Source of the DNA: Candidatus Bathyarchaeia archaeon
Lineage (GTDB): Archaea > Thermoproteota > Bathyarchaeia > TCS64
Reading direction: 5' to 3'
DNA: 27,638 bases
Assembly (NCBI GenBank): GCA_050014495.1
Contig: JBEKDF010000038.1
Location: 1-27,638, forward strand
Shown here: one piece after another, positions 19,201 to 27,563 of the stretch
How the letters are laid out: every line of letters starts with the position of its first letter
Numbering within the stretch: position 1 is the first letter of the stretch
The notes under the pieces: model-generated
What the model was told of the DNA's origin: nothing
What the model saw: the letters and a program-made list of their open reading frames with translations, nothing else
Database searches by the model: none
Made by a program: the position numbers and the translations under genes

Positions 19201-19815
19201 GACACGTTTTTTGACCTCATCGATGCGTGCGGCGGAGACCTCGATCTTTCTCTCTGCTTCGGTTAGGCGTCCCTTTGCTTCCGCTTTCTTCTCATCGTAT
19301 TCTTTGATTCCGATGAGGTCTTCGAGCGCGTCCATACGCTCGCTGGGAGACAAGTCACTCAGTCGAGTCGCAGTTCCTTGGAGGACTATATTGTATCCAC
19401 CGGGTGTAATGCCAGCTAGGTGGAGGAGATCGAGAACTGCTTTACGGCTTGTGCGTTTTCCATTTAGGTAATAGTCGCTCTTTCCCTCTCTATCCACTTT
19501 TCTACCGATGCTGACCTGCCCTCTGTCTGAGGCGAGGCCACGGTCGTTGTTGTCGAAGTAGATAGTAACCTGGGAGATCTGGGGCTTGTTCTGGTCCTCC
19601 TCGCCAGCGCCATCGTAGATGAGTCCCGAAAAGTCTGTGACTCTCATTCTTTTTGAGGCGAGTTCACCGAGAACGAACTGGACCGCGTCTATGATGTTGC
19701 TCTTTCCGCTCCCATTGGGGCCGGTTATAACATTGAACCCGGGTTGAAAATTTAGCTTGATCTGGCCGCCGAATGATTTGAAGTTCTTGACCAGTATCTT
19801 GCTGATGTATACCGT
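16252..19815 (-). CDS. smc: Chromosome segregation protein SMC (1187 aa if started at ACG 19815)
   Basis: The frame stays open 56 codons upstream of the track ATG (19647) and encodes VYISKILVKNFKSF...ITGPNGSGKSNIIDA (Walker A). Also VLQG Q-loop, hinge GGGIKGG, SGGERS signature and YLFDEIDAHLD Walker B. Confidence 0.96.
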   Translation of the reverse strand, partial: TVYISKILVKNFKSFGGQIKLNFQPGFNVITGPNGSGKSNIIDAVQFVLGELASKRMRVTDFSGLIYDGAGEEDQNKPQISQVTIYFDNNDRGLASDRGQVSIGRKVDREGKSDYYLNGKRTSRKAVLDLLHLAGITPGGYNIVLQGTATRLSDLSPSERMDALEDLIGIKEYDEKKAEAKGRLTEAERKIEVSAARIDEVKKRVSELERQRNDALRFNHLTREEKKLTAIKLSFQIKQLEEKLSVLMTQMREREEEASKLDEEKTQLREEREAARNRIEEFNREASERGNTRLPMLKSDLVSRQTLCTSLSNRLREIETRNSQLNNLIAQKERETKATEAEITERRNSLESLQSSETQLIGELGTNRRELEDYRQTINDVRESAGENQRRNEELTESLVPMQESLSGMEIEINSHRSSINTSGDKIIDIESRKLEYGKTVESLQAKLAEYASLKSQEAGHLEEMLSNIEDQIKRQRDLRNTIESANNLAKEAESTITEFSAKRDLWRHIVVEERSLERIREIGEAGALTGYHGPLRSLIKVDLPNQRAVYSAAEGWINAVVVDDVTTVLDCVERLKKTKLGMTKFIPLDQLGKPEILPDIIEDGVIGPLNQLIRYDETYSSVIHLIWGDTYLVKDDSAALKVVATGHRAVTVSGDVYEPGGGIKGGFYRRPPDYSKLIPTEESIDSLSKTIKDLRQKLKTRMAELKSSGGSLRGFNSFMDGSKETMAKIDVEVVDTNERIERLQKNITQANETITKFKAETEREEGLIIALDERKQRILQQIEDTKKEITHLKEFKPSDLTDLEIKNASLSKFISEQQEQLNKIQNEIAVQRSYIERILALRLSEASEQRRRMLEEVKALEDEQIQSNQRVVEVNKEIESVERDLDAVSTEVEATSKVLDQHQKTLRMVNQRMEDLERRREAEDKRMNQLNLDIERLKLQSEQRLDELATNGYEDIVDITGIEPERIDGRLQLVRQEKNSLGAVNQLALEHYNEYMNNYKNQSTRINELEEEKASILKFIEQVEKDKTLHFMAAFNEVCENFNALFGRVTGGGDGRLELQKPEDPFSGGVDLYLQFPGKPMRLGSGASGGERSVAAIAYLLAIQKFLKAPFYLFDEIDAHLDDYNISRLAELLKDNSFEAQFLMVSLKDVMVHKADRIYGVFAQGGRSRVLALPMKGPQKVEETAP

Positions 19816-19887
19816 GTTCAGTTCCCTCGTGTGGCTAGTTATTTCCTCATTTGACTAGGGCAACTACCCTCAGGCGATCGCTGGAAT

Positions 19888-19976
19888 TACCATAATCCTG
19901 TAAATGATTCAAGTCTGATGTTCGGGATGGGCTTATTTGTGGCAGTATTATTACGTATTACTCGGGGATTATGGTA
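19888..19976. repeat. 11-bp perfect inverted repeat (TACCATAATCC / GGATTATGGTA) in the smc-peptidase intergenic region
   Basis: Arms at 19888-19898 and 19966-19976, separated by 67 nt. Confidence 0.6.
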
Positions 19977-20036
19977 GATGTTCATCGTCTCCCGTGGGGT
20001 TGCTCTCATCAGTTGAGAACATCATACTCGTCGCTT

Positions 20037-20043
20037 TTTTAAA
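20037..20043 (+). promoter_or_regulatory. Putative TATA box for the peptidase gene
   Basis: TTTTAAA ends 23 nt before ATG 20066. Confidence 0.5.
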
Positions 20044-20065
20044 CCTTCCCCACCAGAATTAATCT

Positions 20066-21136
20066 ATGCCTAACAGGATCACAAAACTTGAAGATAAATT
20101 AGTCGAGAAGGGATTTGATGCCTACATTGTCGCGAGGCCTCAGAACATTCGGTATTATACGGGTAGTGTTGGGGGGAGTTTCCTTTTTGTTACCCCTGAT
20201 TCGGATCCTATCCTGCTCGTGACTGTACTCGATGAGAATGTTGCTAGAGATCAGTCTAGGGACTGTCACATCGAGCTGTTTGCTCAGGAGGGTCTTCTTC
20301 ATTGGTTCGCTGATTTACTTAGGGGGGAGCATTGTCGTTCTGTTGGATTTGATGATTTATCATTGTCCGTCGTCGAACGGGTTGGGATGAGGCTTCCTGA
20401 GATTGGCTTTAAGCAAGATCAGGATGTTGTTTGGGCTCAAAGAATTGTGAAAGATGCGGGGGAGGTGAAGCTTATGGGTGAGGCGGGAAGGCTTGCGGAC
20501 GTTGCTATGGAGGCGTTATGGGGTAAGCTGGCTGTCGGGGTTACTGAACACCAGCTTGCTGCGGAGGCATCGTATGCGATGATGATGGGGGGTGCTGAGG
20601 CACATGCCTTTGAGTTCACGGTTGGCTCAGGACCGAGGTCGGCTTATCCTCATGCTTCGAGTACGGGGAGGAAGATCTCAGCGGGTGACCTCATAGTCGT
20701 GGACATTGGGGTCTCATACCAGGGGTATTGCTCGGATATTACGAGGACGTTCATGGCGGGTAAGCCTGAGGGGAAGAGGGCTGAGTTGTATGATACGGTT
20801 TTGAGATCCCACGACGCCTCTTTCGCTTCGATGAAGTCAGGTATCAGTTGTAGGGAGGTGGATGCAATCTCTCGGAGGGTCATCGAGAATGCTGGGTATG
20901 GGAGTAACTACACACACTCCCTTGGCCACGGGGTAGGCCTCGAGATACATGAGCCACCATCCGTGAGTCAGAGGAGTAATGAGACTCTTTTGGCTGGCAA
21001 CGTAGTGTCAAATGAGCCTGGTATCTATTTACATGGTTTCGGTGGTGTTAGAATTGAGGATACGGTCTTTATAACCAGGAGTGGGCCTCGAAGACTCACC
21101 GACTTTCCAAGGGAAATCGATAAGGCTACGTTTTAG
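20066..21136 (+). CDS. Xaa-Pro aminopeptidase/prolidase (M24B)
   Basis: YPH, VDIG, YCSDITRT, HSLGHGVGLEIHE, EPGIY, GVRIED metal-ligand motifs. Confidence 0.93.
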   Translation: MPNRITKLEDKLVEKGFDAYIVARPQNIRYYTGSVGGSFLFVTPDSDPILLVTVLDENVARDQSRDCHIELFAQEGLLHWFADLLRGEHCRSVGFDDLSLSVVERVGMRLPEIGFKQDQDVVWAQRIVKDAGEVKLMGEAGRLADVAMEALWGKLAVGVTEHQLAAEASYAMMMGGAEAHAFEFTVGSGPRSAYPHASSTGRKISAGDLIVVDIGVSYQGYCSDITRTFMAGKPEGKRAELYDTVLRSHDASFASMKSGISCREVDAISRRVIENAGYGSNYTHSLGHGVGLEIHEPPSVSQRSNETLLAGNVVSNEPGIYLHGFGGVRIEDTVFITRSGPRRLTDFPREIDKATF

Positions 21137-21919
21137 CTACTTTCCATAGCGCCTGTTCCGTAGCTGGTAGTTTCTGATTACCCTCTGGAGGTCTATCTCT
21201 CTGAATTCCGGCCAGTACACGTCCACGATGAAGAGCTCGCTGTATGCAGCTTGCCATAGTAGAAAGTTGCTGAGTCGAGACTCGTTTCCGGTTCTTATTA
21301 TGAGGTCTGGCTCTTGTTGTGGGAGATCCTTCGTGTAGAGGTGCTTCTCGATGAGTTCTTCGTCTATCTCTTCTGGTTTGAGCTTTCCCTCTTTTACTAG
21401 CTCAGCTAATTCTCTCGTAGCGTCAACTATTTCGGCTCGTCCACCGTAGGCGAGTGCGATGCTGAGGTAGAATTTATCGTATCCCTTCGTCTGCTGCTCC
21501 ACTTCAGCGATGAGTTTTTGAATGTTCTCGGGGAGGAGGTTTCGACGGCCTATCGCTGTGACTCGTACCTGGTATTTGTTTACGACATCTGAGGCTAGGA
21601 CGTCTCGGAGCGCTTTTTCGTATACTTTCATCAGTTCCTCGACCTCCTTCTCGCTGCGTTTGAAGTTCTCGGTGGAGAAGGCGTAGAGTGTGACCGTGCT
21701 AATGTTGAGGTTGATGCACCACTCGAGGAAGGCTTTGACGTGCTCTCCACCCGCCCAGTGTCCCTCCCAGGGGTCCATGTTTTGTCCCCGAGCCCATCTC
21801 CGGTTCCCATCGAGGATAATGCCTATGTGGCGGGGCATCTCGGAGCTTTTGACCTGGCTCTTCAACCAACGCCCGTAGATTTTGTAGACGCCGAGCGAGG
21901 TGAGGAGGTCTTTGAGCAT
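21137..21919 (-). CDS. uppS: cis-prenyltransferase (polyprenyl diphosphate synthase, UppS family)
   Basis: PRHIGIILDGNRRWA, YAFSTENFKR, AYGGRAEI, PDLIIRTG...RLSNFLLWQ, RRYG. Confidence 0.96.
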   Translation of the reverse strand: MLKDLLTSLGVYKIYGRWLKSQVKSSEMPRHIGIILDGNRRWARGQNMDPWEGHWAGGEHVKAFLEWCINLNISTVTLYAFSTENFKRSEKEVEELMKVYEKALRDVLASDVVNKYQVRVTAIGRRNLLPENIQKLIAEVEQQTKGYDKFYLSIALAYGGRAEIVDATRELAELVKEGKLKPEEIDEELIEKHLYTKDLPQQEPDLIIRTGNESRLSNFLLWQAAYSELFIVDVYWPEFREIDLQRVIRNYQLRNRRYGK

Positions 21920-21974
21920 AACTCTTCAAGGTAGGGATGTGGTCCGACGATAAAACATTGACTGAGGTTTCTAA

Positions 21975-23102
21975 CTAGGTGAAGGGTAAGCGTTTGTATC
22001 GTCGATAGAGCAAGTACACTAGGATTATCGTCGTGAGGACACTAGCGAAGGTGTAGAAGATTATGGGGGAGAGGACACTGAGTTGCTCTTCTGGGTTCTG
22101 TAGTATCTGGGCGGACTCGATGAGGATGAACCTTACCCATATGGACAAGTTTAGGCTGACTATGCTCTGGCCTAGGTGTTCATCTTTACTTAGGTAGTGA
22201 TATACAGCACCACCTGTCAATGCGACCATGACACCCAGGATTATAAGGTCTATACCCTTCAGGAGGAACACAGATATGAAGATCGGGAGAACGCCCGCCC
22301 ACCAAGCGAAGTTCCAAAGAGGCTCAATAGGTTTAGGGACTAGTATAGCTGCTGAGCTAGCTCCCTGGTAGGCACCGATGATGGCGACTAGGATACCGAT
22401 GACTCTGGATACGAATACTATCTGTTCTTCAGGTGGTGGTAGCTTGGGTTTAATGGTGGTTAATCTGTCGTATATGCCGAAGCCTTTGAGCAATAATACG
22501 AATCCGACGACGAAGACTACGGCGAGACCGGCGTTCTGTAGTTGATTTGAGGCTATGAGGAAACCGAAGATTAGTAGTAAAACTCCGGGTACTCCGAGGG
22601 CGAAGCGGGAGTAATATGGGTCGTCGATTATCATCCTCAGGTATTTTCCGAATACAGCGTAGGTCTCTTCGATCCTCTGGCTATGCTTCACAACAACATG
22701 GCGGACGCTAATTATCGGTACCCTGGTCTGGATTATGGGTTTTAAGACGTCGTCAGCGAAGCCGTCGGTAACAAGGACTATCGCGGTGGCAGGAAAGCTA
22801 CTCAATACGGTTTGTAGCTCCTCGACCATTCTCCTGTCGGCCTCCACTCCACCTGTTGAAGCACCTGCGACTGTGGCGACTTGAAATTCTTCATCGGGGT
22901 GCTTAGCGGTGAGTTCCTTGTAGAGTTTAACGGCGCCGAACATTGCATTAGAATCCGCTTCCTCGGGGTCAGCTATAGCGAGGTTCGCGGCGGCCTCCTT
23001 GTTTTGTTCAACACCGATTACTGGTGTCTCTACTGTGGCCTTCCTTCCAATGTCGTCGTCCTGATCGATGCAAAGGATCAGGGTCTTGGCCTTCACCGCC
23101 AT
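21975..23102 (-). CDS. Conserved archaeal membrane protein (DUF373-like)
   Basis: LCIDQDDDIG, ADPEEADSN, VTDGFADD, VVKHS, followed by several hydrophobic TM segments; adjacent to uppS. Confidence 0.8.
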   Translation of the reverse strand: MAVKAKTLILCIDQDDDIGRKATVETPVIGVEQNKEAAANLAIADPEEADSNAMFGAVKLYKELTAKHPDEEFQVATVAGASTGGVEADRRMVEELQTVLSSFPATAIVLVTDGFADDVLKPIIQTRVPIISVRHVVVKHSQRIEETYAVFGKYLRMIIDDPYYSRFALGVPGVLLLIFGFLIASNQLQNAGLAVVFVVGFVLLLKGFGIYDRLTTIKPKLPPPEEQIVFVSRVIGILVAIIGAYQGASSAAILVPKPIEPLWNFAWWAGVLPIFISVFLLKGIDLIILGVMVALTGGAVYHYLSKDEHLGQSIVSLNLSIWVRFILIESAQILQNPEEQLSVLSPIIFYTFASVLTTIILVYLLYRRYKRLPFT

Positions 23103-23165
23103 ACAGTCTCTCTCAACCGATTACGCATCGAGGATATATATGATTCTTCAATTTTTGTTAGGCGT

Positions 23166-24101
23166 TTAGACATCTAGGCCGAGGGATTCCTTTAGCCCCT
23201 TGTACCTGTTGCGGATTGTCACCTCGGTAACCCCGGCTGCGTCGGCGATTACCTTCTGTGTGCGTTTCTCGTTGTTGATGACGCAGGCTATGTAGAGGGC
23301 AGCTGCGGCGAGCCCCATCGGGTCTTTGCCTGCGGTTGTGCGTATCTTCTCGGCTTTGCGGAGTATGTCGACGGCAGTTTGCTGAGTCTTTTCACCTACG
23401 CCAACCTTTGCGGCTATCTTTGGGACCCTGAGCTGTGCGTCGGGTTTCGGCATCTGGATGCCTAGATCCTTGAGCATCAGTCGATAGCAGCGAGCTATGT
23501 CCTTCTTATCTATGGGACTCTGGTAAGTTATCTCCCTGAGTGTACGGGGAGTCTGTGTAATCCTACAGGCTGCGTACAGGGAAGCAGCGGCTATCGCGGA
23601 TATGCTTCGCCCGCGGACGAGACCACTGTCCAATGCTTTATGGTATATTACAGCGGCTCGCTCCTTGATGTTTGCGGGTATGTGGAGTTTGTCGCAGAGT
23701 CGGTCTAATTCGGCCATTGCCTGCGCTAGGTTGCGATCGTTTGAGCTGTGAACCCGTGACCTTATCTGCCACTTTCTCAGTCGCAGCATCTGTAGTTTGG
23801 TGTTGAGGGGGATGCTTCTACCGTAGGCGTCCTTGCCGATTCTACCTATGACTGTTGTTAGGCCTTTATCGTGTACAGCGAAGCTGAGGGGAATACCTAC
23901 CCTGCTTCTGCTCTCCTTTTCACCTGGTGTGAAGGCACGCCACTCGGGGCCATTGCTAATCATTGACTCTTTTAGGACTAGGCCGCACCCGCCGCATATT
24001 ATTTCCCCTGAGTCCTCATCTTGGATCAGGTTCCCACTACCGCATTCGGGGCAGTGGTCTTCACCGTTTCGACGGTTTTTTTGGCGGGGGTTGATAGTCA
24101 T
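23166..24101 (-). CDS. tfb: Transcription initiation factor IIB (TFB)
   Basis: Zn ribbon CPECG...CGGCG, GPEWRAF, HDKGLTT, LRLRKWQ, RGRS, GKDPMGLAAAALY, GVTEVTIRNRY. Start at ATG 24101 or GTG 24104. Confidence 0.96.
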   Translation of the reverse strand: MTINPRQKNRRNGEDHCPECGSGNLIQDEDSGEIICGGCGLVLKESMISNGPEWRAFTPGEKESRSRVGIPLSFAVHDKGLTTVIGRIGKDAYGRSIPLNTKLQMLRLRKWQIRSRVHSSNDRNLAQAMAELDRLCDKLHIPANIKERAAVIYHKALDSGLVRGRSISAIAAASLYAACRITQTPRTLREITYQSPIDKKDIARCYRLMLKDLGIQMPKPDAQLRVPKIAAKVGVGEKTQQTAVDILRKAEKIRTTAGKDPMGLAAAALYIACVINNEKRTQKVIADAAGVTEVTIRNRYKGLKESLGLDV

Positions 24102-24275
24102 CACTCCGTTTTTTTCTCCATTACAGTGGCTACGCTGTCTCGTAGTGTTAGAACTGATCACTTGGAGCATAGAAATTCTTATAAACTGATCATTTAATCT
24201 TTTTGCTTTCACTTTAAGTTACATAAAGAGGATTATCGATTTTATTTTGGGGCTCAGCTCATCTAATATCTCTAT

Positions 24276-24695
24276 TTATCGGATTTTATTGCTTTGCTTG
24301 GATACAGCAGCTCTGATCTTATTTGTTAGTACATTGTAGTGGATGAGATCAGGTTCTTTGCGAACGTAGTCGTCGATGCATGCACTGAATAAGTCCTCGG
24401 TTATATCCTCGCTTTCTCTGCCAGAGTATAGTATGAATGGAATGTTAAGAAAGGATTTTATCTCCTTGCAGAGCTGGATCCCGCTCATTCCAGGTAGAAT
24501 TAAATCTGAAACGACGCAATCGATCCGTTGTTCTCTGAGGATCTTTAGAGCCTCCTTCGGTGTCGAAGCGTTGACTATGTCGAAGCTTCGATTGGTTCGT
24601 TTTAGGTTATAAGTGGTCAGCTCGGTCTGGTTTGGATCGTCATCTATTAGCATGATACGTATTACTTCCTCGGTGGAATGGGGAGGCTTGTTCAA
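24276..24695 (-). CDS. Single-domain response regulator (receiver only)
   Basis: LIDDD, VVSDLILPGMSG (phospho-acceptor Asp), LYSG, YVRK. Confidence 0.88.
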   Translation of the reverse strand: MNKPPHSTEEVIRIMLIDDDPNQTELTTYNLKRTNRSFDIVNASTPKEALKILREQRIDCVVSDLILPGMSGIQLCKEIKSFLNIPFILYSGRESEDITEDLFSACIDDYVRKEPDLIHYNVLTNKIRAAVSKQSNKIR

Positions 24696-24835
24696 TACGC
24701 GTCGGTGTAGACTCGATGTAATTGGACATTTATAGTTTAATAGGTGTGTAAATGGAATCTCTTAATTCATTTGAAATTATGTGCGCGACTGGAGTGTGAA
24801 GTTTAGTTTTTAAAATGTGTGTAATTGATATACAT

Positions 24836-25132
24836 CTAATTGACGTTGGATTCGACGCATCTTGGGCATAGGAGAATGTCATGATACCCATGAGGGTAGC
24901 TCAACTGGTATCCATGTTGGGGGCAGTTGATGATATAGAAGGGAAGGCTCTTTTTCCAACCATCAAAACGAGCCCAGTCAATTAATACGGAACCACGTAA
25001 TCTTAGCACTATAAATTGTAGCAGGCTTAGGCTCGAGATGATCTTTAGCATTGTTTCCGCGTTAATTTGGCTCAGACTAATAACGCTCATGAGACCGAGT
25101 CCGGCTAGAAGTTTGCTGTCTATTCGGTCCAT
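24836..25132 (-). CDS. Small hypothetical protein with CxxH...CxxC putative zinc site
   Basis: CPQHG...YPHGY...LLCPRC; ATG start with an AT-rich TATA-like stretch about 30 nt upstream. Confidence 0.6.
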   Translation of the reverse strand: MDRIDSKLLAGLGLMSVISLSQINAETMLKIISSLSLLQFIVLRLRGSVLIDWARFDGWKKSLPFYIINCPQHGYQLSYPHGYHDILLCPRCVESNVN

Positions 25133-25579
25133 GTTTACTGTTCACGTATCACTATTATGGGGGATATATTAATTTTTAGTAAATCGGGCACGTTAATATT
25201 GATTTAATGGATCACGTTCGGGATATCATCCCCACTTCGTATCGCGGGGGTCATCAGGTTATTTCTACACTTTCTGGAACTTGCCAGTGGGAGATATTCC
25301 GAGCGCGCTGTCGTCGATACGATTCAACACTCTACTACATGACAGATATAGATACGTCTGAAATTTGGTAGTCTTCACCTAATCTCATCATAGAATAATA
25401 TTGTTTAATAAAAAATCTATTGTGCATCTTAATAAAATAAATACATATTAATCATAATTCATGAGCATAAAATTAAATTAAATAGATACACATCACTGAT
25501 ACACACTTATAATATTTTATTCATATCAATAATCCATAACTCTTTTTTATATTCGTTAGTAGTTCTTTTCAGTGCTACA

Positions 25580-26071
25580 ATGGACAAAATAAAATATGCA
25601 TTGATTATTATTGCCCTTTGCTTGGCGACTTCCGGCGTAGTCTTAACTTCGGGTGTATTGACTATGAGAAAAACTGTCACAGGCTTAGGTACTATTTCTA
25701 CAATTACAGGAGGTGGCGGCGGAGGCTCGGTTGGAGGAACTAATTCTTCGATAAATATCAATCTTTACAGCGACTCCGCTTGTACGACACCGCTCACATC
25801 GATTTCTTGGGGAGCTTTAGCCCCTGGAGGAATAATGACTCAGACAATCTACATAAAGAACAGTGGAAATGTTCCTGTTACCCTAAGTATGGTCCCTGAC
25901 GGCTGGTCACCGAACCAAGCAACAACCTATCTTTCAGTTACATGGAACAAGGAGAATTCTTCACTGGCAGTTGGCCAAATTGCTTCTGCTACGGTTACGT
26001 TAACCGTAAATTCGAATATCACGGGCATTACTAGTTTTTCTTGTAACATCAACATTGTGGCTACAGGATAA
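25580..26071 (+). CDS. Secreted or membrane-anchored beta-rich (Ig-like) cell-surface protein
   Basis: Basic N-terminus plus hydrophobic segment, Gly6 linker, S/T-rich beta pattern (WGALAPG, YIKNSGNVPVTL), two Cys in the mature domain. Confidence 0.7.
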   Translation: MDKIKYALIIIALCLATSGVVLTSGVLTMRKTVTGLGTISTITGGGGGGSVGGTNSSININLYSDSACTTPLTSISWGALAPGGIMTQTIYIKNSGNVPVTLSMVPDGWSPNQATTYLSVTWNKENSSLAVGQIASATVTLTVNSNITGITSFSCNINIVATG

Positions 26072-26342
26072 TTCGCTTACAATATACGCAAGATAAAACT
26101 ACCCACCGCTGCTCGCATATCTGATGATCATGCGCGCGCGTCGAAGACAGCGCGAGATAGTTTAAAATTGATTTCTTAATAGTTCGCGTTATCCAAAATG
26201 TGTGGATAGTTATTAGTTCTTTATATTAGAGTCTTCGTTTCATGGCCATTTATTATTTAGTAAAATTTATTATAATGATGTGTGATTTTTTTATAATATT
26301 TAGAAATAATTCATTTTAACTGAGTGTTTGCGTTTTTCATGA

Positions 26343-27563
26343 CTACCTCGTGTCAATCAGCCTCAGCAGACTCCTCGTCGAATCATCCGACTCCCGCAGC
26401 CTGTGAATGAACCCATGCATCGCCTTCCTCCGCACCCTGAACCCATGCATCGCCTTCCTCCGCACCCACTCAACCACCCCCTCCAAGGACAAAAGACCAC
26501 CAGTGACCGAATACCTCAGAAGCCTACGCCTCAAAACATCGAGGAGAGCACAGGCCAGAGAGACTAGGTGCGCGTGTATAAGCGCCGCTTCGCTCCCCCT
26601 GAACCTGTACTCCCCAAACCCCAATGCCTTAGCATCCTTATAAAAATCCTCCACCCGATGCCTCTCCAACGCATGCCCCAGCAGCTCACCGACTCCGCAT
26701 CCCACCATGTCACTGCAGAGGAGATGAACATCATTGGATCCAACCTTCACGTTCACCAGGACCGAGACCTCTCCCACCTTCGGCATAGTCACCTCCACCT
26801 TACACGCTTGGTAGAGCTCCCCACCCACCTCCACGTCGTTGAAACACCCCGTACTGCACATCTCCTCGACGAGATCACGCAGGTGGATCCGCTTATCCTC
26901 AACGAAGGCTATTCTGTTGCCCTTGATCTCACCGATCCAGCTGTACCCGCGGGCACGGCACTCATCGATCAGATCCTGACAGGTGAACCACGAGTCCCAG
27001 AGACAGATGGTACGCCTCGCCCGCGGGACGTGGTCCCTGATCAGGTCGCATGCGAGCTGCACCCGGGTCCTGAACGGGACACCCTTCTCCATGCACCTCC
27101 TCTCGCTCCCGTAGAGCTTCAGGCCGTCCGTGACGGCGACTCCATTGTTTACGTATAGCGATGAGACGTAGTCGTGGCTCAGCACGGTTCCCATGGTTGA
27201 GCTGTGGTTGTAGCAGACCATCTCGGTTCGCTGGCTGTACTTCCTGCAGACCGTGTCGTCGATTATCTCGTACTCGATCTCAGGGTCCCGCTCAGCCTCG
27301 CTGAGGAGCAGTTCTCTGCCCTCCCTGGTTACGGCTTGGATGTCCCATTTTGATTCGGTGATGAATCTGTTCAGGCTGCTCTGGTCCTTCTTGTCGATGA
27401 AGAGCTCGTTTATGCTCTTGACGTCGTGTTCTCCCTCTCCTGCGACGATGAGCCCGAGGATGGTTCTGCAGAAGTTTCGGTACTGTGGTTTGGTGAAGTG
27501 CTTCTTGAATCTGGAGAGTAGGTGCCTTACTCTGTGTGGGATGCCTGCTATGAAGCCGAACAC
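26343..27563 (-). CDS. IS701-family DDE transposase
   Basis: DQSSLNRF, IIDDT (D1), WDSWF (D2), RHRVEDFYKDAK (E), LGF. Confidence 0.9.
   Translation of the reverse strand: MFGFIAGIPHRVRHLLSRFKKHFTKPQYRNFCRTILGLIVAGEGEHDVKSINELFIDKKDQSSLNRFITESKWDIQAVTREGRELLLSEAERDPEIEYEIIDDTVCRKYSQRTEMVCYNHSSTMGTVLSHDYVSSLYVNNGVAVTDGLKLYGSERRCMEKGVPFRTRVQLACDLIRDHVPRARRTICLWDSWFTCQDLIDECRARGYSWIGEIKGNRIAFVEDKRIHLRDLVEEMCSTGCFNDVEVGGELYQACKVEVTMPKVGEVSVLVNVKVGSNDVHLLCSDMVGCGVGELLGHALERHRVEDFYKDAKALGFGEYRFRGSEAALIHAHLVSLACALLDVLRRRLLRYSVTGGLLSLEGVVEWVRRKAMHGFRVRRKAMHGFIHRLRESDDSTRSLLRLIDTR
26408..26467. repeat. Exact 30-bp tandem duplication within the transposase 3' end
   Basis: TGAACCCATGCATCGCCTTCCTCCGCACCC at 26408-26437 and 26438-26467; translates as a repeated VRRKAMHGF. 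Confidence 0.95.

Noticed and set aside
20006..20012. Minus-strand CTGATGA resembling a hammerhead core or C box
   Set aside because: No following stem II plus GAAA, and no properly spaced C/D'/C'/D set is visible.
26568..27158. 196-aa antisense ORF inside the transposase
   Set aside because: Expected shadow ORF in GC-rich coding DNA, with no recognisable motifs. The same applies to the other short nested ORFs in the track.
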